Shown: positions 30,025-39,890, counted from the first letter of the stretch. The stretch is DNA of 64,000 nucleotides from a bacterium (GCA_049472315.1 JBLIRN010000001.1:191919-255918), one strand, 5' to 3'. Program-made: numbers and translations. The notes: generated by a model from the letters alone, not told the origin.

Positions 30025-32037
30025 GTGAGGGGCAGGAATAAACGAATCATACTGGTCGGTATTGCCGCCATCGTCATCCTCACCGTTTTTGCGTATCGGG
30101 GCAGCATCCGCGATCATCTCCTGGAGTGGGACGATCAGGTCTACGTGCGAGAGAATCCCTACATAAAGGGCATAACTCGCTCACATCTCAAGGCCATCCT
30201 CACACAACCCTATTTCAAAAACTTCAGCCCCCTTCATCTTCTCTCCTATTGTGCTGACCATGCCCTGTGGGGAGAAAATTATGCCGGGTATCACCTCACC
30301 AACCTGGCCATCCATATCATCAATGGGTTCCTTCTTCTACTCCTTGTGTTCCTCTGGACACATGATTATTGGATCGCCCTTTTTGTTGCCGCCGCATTGC
30401 TCATACATCCCGTGCATGTGGAGTCTGTGGCCTGGATCTCCGAACGGAAGGGGCTGTTATGCGCCCTGTTCTTTTTCGGTGCCTTGATTGCGTATGACCG
30501 GCTCAAAAAAACCGGTGTACGGGGATGGTATCTTGCAGCCTTCCTTCTCTTTTCCCTGAGCATCCTGTCAAAGCCCATGGCCATCACCCTTCCCTTGATT
30601 CTCATACTCCTGGATCGAACCGTCTACCGGGAACATTCTTCCCTCGGAGACCTCATCCCCTTTTTCATCCTCTCCCTTTTTTCGGGCCTTATCACGGTAT
30701 GGGCACTAGAAACCGGCGGGGGGATCAAGGGATACGTCGGGGGCAACCTCGCCGCCTCCCTTCTCTCCATCCCCGTTATCATACTCCGCTATATCTCCCG
30801 GATCCTCTGGCCGTTCCCCCCATTCAGGCTTTCTGCACGATATGTACTCCGATGGAATATGGTTGCCCCGCGTGCAGCACTCCCTGCCTGGGGCATGCTG
30901 GTACTCATTGCGTTTCTTGTATTCTACCTTCACTCCCGGCTTCCCTCCGGCGAAAGGCGTATCACCGTTGCAGGGACCGCCTGGTTTTTCATCACCCTGC
31001 TGCCGGTGCTGAACATTATCCCCACCAGCACGCAGATGGCCGACCGGTATCTCTATCTCCCCGCCATCGGCATTTACGTAGCGATGGGGACATTGCTGGC
31101 ACGGGGAATACGAAGGCTCACTCGGGTATCCCCGGCAGGGATGATCTCTCTCGTGGTCCCGCTGATATGGCTGGCCTGCCTCGGCGTGAAAACACGCACA
31201 CGGGTGGCCATCTGGCAATCGGATCAAACCCTTTGGGAGGATGCCTTGGAGGAAGACCCCAAAAACCATTATGCCCTCACCAATCTGGCAAACGTCTACC
31301 TGCATCAGGCACTCGACGAGCCAGACACGACACGACGAGGGGAGGCCGCCGAGAAGGCGGGCAGCCTCTTCCTCCATGCCCTGGAGATCAGTCCGGAACA
31401 TGCATCCGCGCACCTGGGGATAGCGAGCACCCTCGTTCATATGGGTTCCTCTCAAAAGGCCCTACCCCATCTCAGCCGGGCATTACTCTACAATACGGAG
31501 CCCCTCCGAAGGGTTCGAATATACTATACCGCGGGGCTCGCATTCATGCATATCGGGCGAAGGGACGAGGCAGACCTCTGGTTTCATAAGGCAATAGAGG
31601 AGGACAGGGGGTTTAAGCCCGCCTATTTCGGCCTTGGCCATCTTTATATGAGCATCGCACAGAACACGGAGAAAAGGGACCTGTGGCTGCAACGCGCCGC
31701 AGAAGTATATCAGGAGGTGATGCGCCGGTACCCTGAAGAATTCAAGGCGTATTTCTCTCTGGCAGTGGTGAGGGAGAACGAGGGGCGTCCAGCCGAGGCA
31801 CTGGCACTCTACAGGCAGGCCCTTGATCTCCCGGCGTCACCAGGGGAGGAAAGGGAAAGGGCCGATGCCCACATCAACATCGGAATCATCCACCAGCGGC
31901 AGGGAAGATATTCCCAGGCGATGTTCCATTACAGGGAGGCGCTGAGGATTGCACCCGGGCATTCCCGGGCACAGGAGATCGAGAGGACACTTGAGGAGCT
32001 TCGGAAGGCCCTCTCCGCACAGCGGCCTGCCCTATGA
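30025..32037 (+). CDS. TMTC-like GT-C membrane glycosyltransferase with C-terminal TPR repeats
   Basis: WDDQVYVRENP, HPVHVESVAWISERK, ADRYLYLP, about 11 TM segments, then W....LW..AL and TPRs. Confidence 0.85.
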   Translation: MRGRNKRIILVGIAAIVILTVFAYRGSIRDHLLEWDDQVYVRENPYIKGITRSHLKAILTQPYFKNFSPLHLLSYCADHALWGENYAGYHLTNLAIHIINGFLLLLLVFLWTHDYWIALFVAAALLIHPVHVESVAWISERKGLLCALFFFGALIAYDRLKKTGVRGWYLAAFLLFSLSILSKPMAITLPLILILLDRTVYREHSSLGDLIPFFILSLFSGLITVWALETGGGIKGYVGGNLAASLLSIPVIILRYISRILWPFPPFRLSARYVLRWNMVAPRAALPAWGMLVLIAFLVFYLHSRLPSGERRITVAGTAWFFITLLPVLNIIPTSTQMADRYLYLPAIGIYVAMGTLLARGIRRLTRVSPAGMISLVVPLIWLACLGVKTRTRVAIWQSDQTLWEDALEEDPKNHYALTNLANVYLHQALDEPDTTRRGEAAEKAGSLFLHALEISPEHASAHLGIASTLVHMGSSQKALPHLSRALLYNTEPLRRVRIYYTAGLAFMHIGRRDEADLWFHKAIEEDRGFKPAYFGLGHLYMSIAQNTEKRDLWLQRAAEVYQEVMRRYPEEFKAYFSLAVVRENEGRPAEALALYRQALDLPASPGEERERADAHINIGIIHQRQGRYSQAMFHYREALRIAPGHSRAQEIERTLEELRKALSAQRPAL

Positions 32038-32095
32038 TGATCCGAATAATTACATTTGATGACCACAGTCCCCGCAGTCGACCCGCAGGAAAAGA

Positions 32096-35002
32096 CTAAA
32101 AGAGCCCCTGGGGGAATCCCGTTGAAGGCCTGATTCCCATGGCCGCCATGCCCATTGCCTTCTCAAGCAGGATCCTTCCCTCTACGTAGTCGGGCTTGAT
32201 CCTGAGCGACTCCTGGATATTTTCGATTGCATCCTGATATGAGCCCAGCATCAGGTAGCTGTACCCAATTCCGTAAAAGGCCTGGAAGTTCTGCGGCTGG
32301 CGTTGCGTGACCTCCTGGTACTCCCGTATTGCCTCCCGGAACCGTTGCTGATTGAAATATGCCACCCCCAGATTAACCCTGGCATCAATATGATCGGGAT
32401 CCATCTTCAGCACCTTTTGATATGCCTCAATGGCCTCGTCGAGCTGCCCCTTCCCGAAATAGGCCAAGCCGAGGTTGATGCGGGCCTGCACATTGTCAGG
32501 CATCACCGAAAGGGCACGATTATACTGCTCGATGGCATCGTTGAACATGCCCAGATTATAATAGGCGACCCCCAGATTCACCATTGCCTCAACATTCAGG
32601 GGATCGTACTCAAGTGCCTTCCGGTAGTCCGTGATGGCCTGATCGATGAACCCCTTGTGAAATTTCGCTATCCCCATATTAACATATGCCCCGGGGATGG
32701 AAGGGTCGATATTGAGTGCCCTGTTGTATTCGTATATCGCCTCGTCGAGTTGTCCCATGCCGAAATATGCAATACCCAAATTGTAATAGGATTCGGCAGA
32801 TGTTGGATCGAGGTAGATGGCCTCCTTGTACTTCTCGACCGCCTCCTCGAGTCTTCCCTCTTTAACCAGGAGGGTTCCCAGTGCATTATAGGCCTTGGGG
32901 ATATGGGGATTCTGATCGATGATCCGATTGAGCTCCGTATAGGCCTCATCGTACTTGCCCACCTGTATATACACGGTGGCCAGATTTATCCGTGCCTCGT
33001 TGTGATCGTGTTCCCTTGCCAACGCCTCCCTGAAAAGGCCTTCAGCCTCCTCCAGTCTTCCCAGTCCCAGGTAGGCGCTTCCCAGATTGTTATAGGCGTC
33101 CACGAGGTTCGGATCATATTCCAGTGCCTTGCTGATCGGCTCCACCGCCTCGGCAAAACGGTTCCGCGCAACGAAAATGCTTCCCATGTTGTTGTAGGCC
33201 TGGGCGTAGGTGGGCTCGATCTCTATGGCCTTATGAAAATATCCCATGGCCTTATCAAAATCCTTGCTTATATAATACACAACACCCAGATTATCATATG
33301 CCTCGATATAGGTGGGATTGAGATCGATTGACCTGTTAAAGCACTGAATCGCATCGTCAATCCTCCCGATCCTGTTGTAGATCGTGCCGAGGTTGTTATA
33401 GGCATTGATGTATCCGGGATCGAGCCTGATGGCCTCCTTCAGCTCCTCAATCGCTATATCCGTCCATCCCTTTTTGTCGTATACATACCCCAAGACGAAA
33501 TGGGTGAAGACATCGTTGGGATTCACCTTGAGCAGGCTCTTGAATTCCTCGATCGCCCTGTCGAAATCCCCGATCATGTAAAAGTACGTCCCTCTGTTCA
33601 GAAATTCCAGAAGCCCGATCATATCCTTTGGATCCGGGTAGGATGCATCCTCCGCTTCATCCCCGAGTGAGGCCGTCCATATGTAACCGAGGCTCTCCAG
33701 CCTCTCCTTGGTGTCCTTATCAAGGGTCCTTTTTGCACGATGAGAATATGCCTTATTGGAGTACGTCTCCTTCATCGCGTCCAGGCGCCTTTCCATTTCC
33801 CGTGCCTTTTGAGTGTTTTTCTCGTAGAGATTGACGGACTCGTTCGGGTCCTCCGACAGATGATATAATTCAGAGCGGGGGGCCCTGATCAATTTCCACT
33901 CCGCGGTGCGTATCCCCTCCAGGGGACTCCACTTGTGGTTATACAGCGGATAGAAGGTCTCGCAGTATATCTCGAACTTCCTCGCCGGCGGACCCTCCTG
34001 CATAGGAAGGGGCATACCGTGAACGCTCCCGCCATAGCGAAGCCCGACCAGATCGAGAATGGTTGGAAAGATATCGGTGAGGCAGACCTCCTGATGCACC
34101 ACCTGACCGGGGGAGATGCTCGCGGGATAGCGAAAAATGAGCGGCACGTGGATGGTGGGATCGTAGATGAAAATCGCATGGGTCTTTTCTCCATGGTCCC
34201 CCAGTCCCTCTCCATGATCAGAGGTAAAGCATATCAGTGTCGTGTCGAAAAGATTCATCTCCTTGAGGGCGGAGAAGAGCCTCCCCATAGCCTCATCCAC
34301 GTACCTGATCTCTCCGTCATAGAGATTGTGCATATACTCCTCCTTGATCGGGGAGGGAGGATCATAGGGGGCATGCGGATCGAAGCAGTGAATGAACGCG
34401 AAAAAGGGACGGTTATCGGTATTCTTGATCCACTCGATGGCTGACTCAACCACCTTTTCGGCAGGTCGTTCGTTGTAGAAGAGTACCTTCTGCTCCGACT
34501 CGGAATTGAGATGATCGTCGTAGACATCAAACCCCTGATTAAGGCCGAAGCGAGAATCGAGCACAAAGGCGCCGATAAAGGCGCCGGTTCTATATCCTGC
34601 TTGCTGAAAGATCTCCGCCAGGGTGGTATTCTCCTCCTCGAGCCTGAATGTTCCATTGTTTCGTACGCCATGTCCAATGGGGAAAAGGCCTGTCATCATC
34701 GTTGAATGTGAAGGCAGGGTGACCGGCACTGCAGAGTACGCCCTTGAAAATCGTATCCCCTCTGAGGCCAAGGCATCGATGTGCGGGGTCTTGATCCCTT
34801 CATACCCATAGCAGTGAAGGTGGTCCGCCCTGAGTGTGTCTATGGAGATTAAGATACAATTGACCCGCGATGAAGGGGGAGAGACCATCGAAACGGTCGG
34901 TCCCGGAATGTGGCGACAACCTGGAACAACCAGAAGGAATAGCGGAAGAAAGACGATTAACACAGTAATGATACGACGATACTCACATGTTACACAATGC
35001 AT
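32096..35002 (-). CDS. Sulfatase/alkaline-phosphatase-superfamily lipoprotein with a long TPR array
   Basis: Lipobox-like VVPGC; ISIDTLRADH, TLPSH, FDPHAPY, SDHGE; roughly 14 TPRs in the C-terminal half. Confidence 0.9.
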   Translation of the reverse strand: MHCVTCEYRRIITVLIVFLPLFLLVVPGCRHIPGPTVSMVSPPSSRVNCILISIDTLRADHLHCYGYEGIKTPHIDALASEGIRFSRAYSAVPVTLPSHSTMMTGLFPIGHGVRNNGTFRLEEENTTLAEIFQQAGYRTGAFIGAFVLDSRFGLNQGFDVYDDHLNSESEQKVLFYNERPAEKVVESAIEWIKNTDNRPFFAFIHCFDPHAPYDPPSPIKEEYMHNLYDGEIRYVDEAMGRLFSALKEMNLFDTTLICFTSDHGEGLGDHGEKTHAIFIYDPTIHVPLIFRYPASISPGQVVHQEVCLTDIFPTILDLVGLRYGGSVHGMPLPMQEGPPARKFEIYCETFYPLYNHKWSPLEGIRTAEWKLIRAPRSELYHLSEDPNESVNLYEKNTQKAREMERRLDAMKETYSNKAYSHRAKRTLDKDTKERLESLGYIWTASLGDEAEDASYPDPKDMIGLLEFLNRGTYFYMIGDFDRAIEEFKSLLKVNPNDVFTHFVLGYVYDKKGWTDIAIEELKEAIRLDPGYINAYNNLGTIYNRIGRIDDAIQCFNRSIDLNPTYIEAYDNLGVVYYISKDFDKAMGYFHKAIEIEPTYAQAYNNMGSIFVARNRFAEAVEPISKALEYDPNLVDAYNNLGSAYLGLGRLEEAEGLFREALAREHDHNEARINLATVYIQVGKYDEAYTELNRIIDQNPHIPKAYNALGTLLVKEGRLEEAVEKYKEAIYLDPTSAESYYNLGIAYFGMGQLDEAIYEYNRALNIDPSIPGAYVNMGIAKFHKGFIDQAITDYRKALEYDPLNVEAMVNLGVAYYNLGMFNDAIEQYNRALSVMPDNVQARINLGLAYFGKGQLDEAIEAYQKVLKMDPDHIDARVNLGVAYFNQQRFREAIREYQEVTQRQPQNFQAFYGIGYSYLMLGSYQDAIENIQESLRIKPDYVEGRILLEKAMGMAAMGIRPSTGFPQGLF

Positions 35003-35211
35003 TATATACCCCCATCGTTATAATAGGCTCACCATGTTGGCACCATTTTTTATTGTTAAACAAACGATGATAAAATATCATAAATGATGATAAAATATTA
35101 ACATTGTTCATAAAAAGAACAGGTTAGCGTATTTACCATACCACACAAGGTCAAAAATGACAATATCTTCCTTGCTGCAATTTCATGCGCCTTATGGACC
35201 ACGATTCTCCA

Positions 35212-35227
35212 AGCATACTTTGTGCCA
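35212..35227 (-). promoter_or_regulatory. Sigma54 -24/-12 promoter for the sulfatase-TPR gene
   Basis: Minus strand TGGCACAAAGTATGCT (GG-N10-GC). Confidence 0.65.
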
Positions 35228-35368
35228 TATACGCGGTCCATGGAATTTTGACAACCGCACGGTTATCCAAGGATTTCATAGAGGGTCCGATCGTGCTGTT
35301 GTAAAAACTCCGTACAGGTGTTCATCGGATTGACAATTATTGGGGGAGGATTTTCTTGAGAAGGGATA

Positions 35369-35397
35369 TTGACTTTATTGGGCATACATTCTATTCT
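35369..35397 (+). promoter_or_regulatory. Sigma70-type promoter for the methyltransferase pair
   Basis: TTGACT-N17-TATTCT, ~30 nt before the start. Confidence 0.55.
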
Positions 35398-35426
35398 TTA
35401 TAAACATTTTAGAAGGGTTGGTGACT

Positions 35427-36266
35427 ATGGGTAAAAAGAAACGTGAACATTCAGGGAAGGGAACGTCTGCTGTAATCGAAAGGGGTCACATATCCGTCTG
35501 GAGAAAAATCGCCTCGGATCCTGTGCCCTTCATCTTTTTCGGATGCATTATCGGCTCAAAGATCTATTTCTTTATCGATTTCACGATCATCAGGGGTAAT
35601 TTCTCCTACATGCTGAGACTGATTGAAACCATGAATAAGGGTGGAGGATTGTCCCATGTTCTCATGAACATCGTTGCCCACTTCACCTACAATTTCGTCG
35701 CCATCCTCTTTGACGCCCTCATCATTGCCAGCTACGTCATCCGATGCGAGCCGGTCAGCAAGGCGGAGGGATTCTGGGAACGATACTATCCCCTCATCAC
35801 GGTGCTGTTTCCCATGCTGGGATTTACACTGCTCCTGATTCCCAACTTCCGTCTCTTTTTTCCCCCTTTCCAGATCGGCAGACTTCTCATGCGTTTTGAC
35901 CTTCCACTCCTTTTCCCGCTTTTTATTGAACTTGGCGGATTGCTCATCTCGCTGTTCGGTGCCGCATTGAGCATTGCCGCACTGTGGAGCCTTCGGCAAT
36001 GCTTCAGTCTCATGGCCGAGGTCAGACGACTGGTCACCTCCGGCATGTACCATCGCATTCGCCATCCGCTGTATATGTCGGAGATCACCCATGCATTCGG
36101 CACCTCCATCCTCGCGGCACATCCCGTTGCCCTGGGCATCTTTTTGATCACCCTGGTCCTTGAAATAATTCGGGCTAAAATTGAGGAGCACAAGTTCCTT
36201 CGGGTAGTTCCGGCCTACGCTGAGTATAAAAAGCGGACCGGATTCCTGTGGCCGAAAATCTGGTAA
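35427..36266 (+). CDS. ICMT/PEMT-family integral membrane methyltransferase 1
   Basis: FSLMAEVRRLVTSGMYHRIRHPLY, RAKIEE, YAEYKKRT; multiple TM segments. Confidence 0.85.
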   Translation: MGKKKREHSGKGTSAVIERGHISVWRKIASDPVPFIFFGCIIGSKIYFFIDFTIIRGNFSYMLRLIETMNKGGGLSHVLMNIVAHFTYNFVAILFDALIIASYVIRCEPVSKAEGFWERYYPLITVLFPMLGFTLLLIPNFRLFFPPFQIGRLLMRFDLPLLFPLFIELGGLLISLFGAALSIAALWSLRQCFSLMAEVRRLVTSGMYHRIRHPLYMSEITHAFGTSILAAHPVALGIFLITLVLEIIRAKIEEHKFLRVVPAYAEYKKRTGFLWPKIW

Positions 36267-36278
36267 GAGGTTCCCGTA

Positions 36279-37103
36279 TTGAAAGCACCGTGGCCCATCA
36301 TCCTTCCGCGCGTGGTGGGGATTATCAAGAATCAGTGGCCATACATTTTTCCCCCGATCTTTATCCTTATCCTTCTCTTCATATACTGGCTCCTAGCGCC
36401 GAGACAGAGGGAATGGACGAGAGACTTCCTCATACCCGTCATCTTCTTCCTCGCCCTCGCAGGACGGACATTATGGGATGCAATCAAATTCCTGCGCAGC
36501 ACGACAGCCAAGGGATCATTCGTCGCGCTGCTCTCAGTCAACTACCTTCTCGTCCTTTCCTTCATGGCCCTTACCATATTCAGCTACGTCATCCGCAGCA
36601 AGCCAAGCCATCGGGCCGTGGGCATCAAAGAGAGGGCATTCCCCCTCTTTGTCGTTCTCTTTCACCTCATCGGATCCTATCTTATCGCGACCCGGACGCA
36701 ATTCCATTTTCATCTGGTGCTGTACATCGTGGGCATCATGCTCTCCATTCTCGGAGTGACCATTGATTGCCTTGCCATGTGGAGGCTCAGACGTTCCTTC
36801 AGTATCATGGCAGAGGTGCGGAGCCTCATCACCTCAGGGATCTATGGATGGATACGCCACCCGCTGTATGCAGGTGAACTGATCCATTTTTTGGGCATAG
36901 CATTGGTCTTCAACAACATCCCGACATACGGCATGTGTGCACTGCTGATCGTGCTGCAAACCATGAGGGCAATGATAGAGGAGCAAAAATTGACTGCTCA
37001 CTTTCCCGAATACATGCACTACCGGAAACAGGCGGGATTCTTTTTACCGAGGTTCCGGCGCGTAAAGATGTCACCTTCCGATGGTGTCCTGTTACCACCA
37101 TGA
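36279..37103 (+). CDS. ICMT/PEMT-family integral membrane methyltransferase 2
   Basis: SFSIMAEVRSLITSGIYGWIRHPLY, RAMIEE, FPEY..Y. Confidence 0.85.
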   Translation: MKAPWPIILPRVVGIIKNQWPYIFPPIFILILLFIYWLLAPRQREWTRDFLIPVIFFLALAGRTLWDAIKFLRSTTAKGSFVALLSVNYLLVLSFMALTIFSYVIRSKPSHRAVGIKERAFPLFVVLFHLIGSYLIATRTQFHFHLVLYIVGIMLSILGVTIDCLAMWRLRRSFSIMAEVRSLITSGIYGWIRHPLYAGELIHFLGIALVFNNIPTYGMCALLIVLQTMRAMIEEQKLTAHFPEYMHYRKQAGFFLPRFRRVKMSPSDGVLLPP

Positions 37104-37568
37104 AAACAGGTTTGTTAAGGCAAACATGCTCCCGAAGAGGTCGATCGGCTGGTAGTAGCCAAACAGGGGATGATAGGTGACCCCATATCCCAACCATGTT
37201 CCAGGGCTGAGGCCTCCCGGATTGATCAGCGCATTCTCCACACCGGTCCCGTACACGCCATAGAGATAGCCCAGATAGCTCATGAGGCCCCCAAGATAAC
37301 CAAGGCCGTATATCCCGCCACCGCCATACAGGCCGCCATACAGGCCATATAAACCGCCGTACAAGCCGCCGTACAAATCCCCGGGATACAATGATGTCTC
37401 ACCGACCTGGGAATCAGGATTCGCACCGACTGCATATAAGGCCGGATCGGCCAGAAAGAGGGACCCCCCGAAATAGGCGTTGACAGGGGAAACCATTCCT
37501 GCGGCAACAATGCACAACGCCGCTGCCGCAATGACGATACAATAGCCACACACGGTATGTCTGCCCAT
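37092..37568 (-). CDS. Secreted Gly/Tyr/Leu-rich protein 4
   Basis: Signal peptide (...PVNA|YFGG); LYGGLYGGLYGLYGGLYGG; SD GAGGAGG. Confidence 0.8.
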   Translation of the reverse strand: MGRHTVCGYCIVIAAAALCIVAAGMVSPVNAYFGGSLFLADPALYAVGANPDSQVGETSLYPGDLYGGLYGGLYGLYGGLYGGGGIYGLGYLGGLMSYLGYLYGVYGTGVENALINPGGLSPGTWLGYGVTYHPLFGYYQPIDLFGSMFALTNLFSWW

Positions 37569-37932
37569 CTTCGTACCTCCTCGTCAAAAGGATGAAAACC
37601 CAAAAAACGTAATCGCTCACATTCCACTGCCCTATTTCTCCCAACCTATTGAAAAGTTATCAATAAACCAGGATTAAATGGATCGAGCCGTAATGTGTGT
37701 GCATATCGAAAAGCATAAGATACTGTTTATTATAACATTTTTTCGATAATTATTCAACGGGAAATACATGGTCCGGGAGAAACTCAATCATTTGTTTGCC
37801 AATTGAGTTGAACCGAAGGGGGGTCGTGCCCTCCGTGCCGGTGGGATTCGACCGTTTCATGCGGACATGATGACATACAATGGAGGGCGGAAATTGCTCC
37901 CTGTGTTCGGAGAGGTGATGCTTCCCAGCGTA

Positions 37933-39240
37933 TCAGCCTTCCGCCTGCAGGGAAGTGTACCGTTCGTGCAGTATTGCGGAAATCTTCTCCAGGGGAATCT
38001 CTTCCTGGTTTCCGGTCTGCATCTGTTTCAGGATGACCGATCCCCGGGCCAATTCATCCTCCCCCACGATGATGGTGTAGAGTGTATCCAGGCGGTGGGC
38101 ATGCTTCATCTGCGCCTTGAGCGAGCCTTCCTGAAAGGACATCTCAGCAGGGACCCCAAGCAGCCTGAGGTGATGTACCATGCCGAAGGCACGCCTTTTG
38201 GCATCAGGGCCAAGGTATGCCACGAACACGAAACAACCCGCATGCTCGTCCGTCCGGGGGGAGGTCCCGGATAATGCCAGTACGAGCCTCTCCATTCCCA
38301 GGGCAAAACCGCAGGCAGGGGTAGGAGGGCCGCCGAACTCCTCGACGAGCCGGTCGTATCTGCCTCCCCCGGCTAGGGCATTCTGAGCCCCGAGCAGATG
38401 ACTGGTGATTTCGAACGTGGTCCGGGTATAGTAGTCCAGGCCGCGTACCAGGTGCGGATTAATGATATAGCGAATCCCCTGCTCGTCCAGCAGCTCTCGT
38501 ACCCTGTCGAAATGAAGCCTGCAGTCCTCACAAAGGGTATCGATCACCCGGGGTGCCCCTTCCAACACCTCTTTGCATGCCGGGTTCTTACAGTCAAGTA
38601 TCCTGAGGGGATTCACCGTGAACCTCCTCTGACAATCCTCACACAGAAGCGATGCTCGCTGCCCTACATACCTTCTTAGTGCGGTACGAAACCCCTCACG
38701 GCAGTCATGGCATCCCAGCGTATTCACCTGTACCTGAAACGGCCCAGGGTCCCCGGCTCCGCTCGTTCCCCAAAGCCTCTTGAACATGGTGAAGAGCAGG
38801 ATGATCTGCTCCGCATCCGCCTCCGGCTCAGCAGCGCCGAAGAATTCCGCACCAATCTGATGGAATTGCCTGGTCCTTCCGGCCTGGGGGCGCTCGTATC
38901 GAAACATGGGCCCCATGTAGTAAAGCTTATGCCACCTCGGATCCATATGCAGGCTGTGCTGCAGATATGCCCGAACCACCGGCGCAGTGCCCTCCGGCCT
39001 GAGACTCAAGAGCTGTCCCTTCCTGTCCGGGAAGGTATACATCTCCTTGGAGACGATGTCCGTTTCCTCGCCGATGCTGCGGGTAAAAAGGGTTGTCTGC
39101 TCGAAGATGGGGGTCCTGATCTCTTTGTACCCGAAGAGTTCGAGAATGAGACGTGCGGTATGTTCGATCCGTTGCCAGACGCCAGCCTCAGAGGGAAGGA
39201 TATCGGACACTCCCCGTACGCTCTTGATCTGCACTGTCAA
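37933..39240 (-). CDS. hisS: Histidine--tRNA ligase
   Basis: LRPEGTA, FRYERPQAGR, LVRGLDYY, GGGRYD. Confidence 0.98.
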   Translation of the reverse strand: MTVQIKSVRGVSDILPSEAGVWQRIEHTARLILELFGYKEIRTPIFEQTTLFTRSIGEETDIVSKEMYTFPDRKGQLLSLRPEGTAPVVRAYLQHSLHMDPRWHKLYYMGPMFRYERPQAGRTRQFHQIGAEFFGAAEPEADAEQIILLFTMFKRLWGTSGAGDPGPFQVQVNTLGCHDCREGFRTALRRYVGQRASLLCEDCQRRFTVNPLRILDCKNPACKEVLEGAPRVIDTLCEDCRLHFDRVRELLDEQGIRYIINPHLVRGLDYYTRTTFEITSHLLGAQNALAGGGRYDRLVEEFGGPPTPACGFALGMERLVLALSGTSPRTDEHAGCFVFVAYLGPDAKRRAFGMVHHLRLLGVPAEMSFQEGSLKAQMKHAHRLDTLYTIIVGEDELARGSVILKQMQTGNQEEIPLEKISAILHERYTSLQAEG

Positions 39241-39254
39241 TCAGCATTCCTCCT

Positions 39255-39890
39255 CTACTTCCCGATCTGCATCTGTAGCCGCTCGGCAATCCGCTTCAAA
39301 ATCTCGAATAGATCGAAGTGGTAGCCTGGACTCCACGACAGGGATCGCTCATGCACCACGATCCGGACCGATTCCCGAGACCCTCGGGAGATTTCGATCA
39401 AGGGAGGGGCATCTCTCTCCCCTGCCGCGCGAATGACAAAGGCACCCTGTTCCGTTTGATGAAGGGAAAAAAGAAGGCGTTCGTTGATCATATACTCAAT
39501 GAGGCGTTTGATTTGAAAGGACACCGGTTCGAGGATATCCGCGATGTCACCCCCTTCGGGCGAAAATACGATCACCGCCTCACCCTTTCCGGGCTGCTCC
39601 ACACGATCGATCCTGGCCGGCATGATCAGAGGATGGGTATGAATCGGCTGGAGGGGAATCCTTCGGGTACCCGGCTCCCTGCTCCGGGTGGCTAAAATCT
39701 CCCTCGGCTTTGCGGGCTTGACCAAAGGATTGAGGGAATGAAGGGATTCCTCATAGTCTTCTTCGGCCTCCCTTAGTTTGCGGGCATCTTCCAACCGCTC
39801 TTCCCGCCGCCTTCTTTTCCAATCCTCCTCGAAACGTTCAAATCTCTCCCACCACTTCTTTTCGTTCTTCCTTTCAACAACCATGAACAA
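39255..39890 (-). CDS. Hypothetical protein with charged helical N-terminus
   Basis: 211-aa ORF co-directional with hisS and 14 bp upstream of it; no motif recognised. Confidence 0.6.
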   Translation of the reverse strand: MFMVVERKNEKKWWERFERFEEDWKRRRREERLEDARKLREAEEDYEESLHSLNPLVKPAKPREILATRSREPGTRRIPLQPIHTHPLIMPARIDRVEQPGKGEAVIVFSPEGGDIADILEPVSFQIKRLIEYMINERLLFSLHQTEQGAFVIRAAGERDAPPLIEISRGSRESVRIVVHERSLSWSPGYHFDLFEILKRIAERLQMQIGK

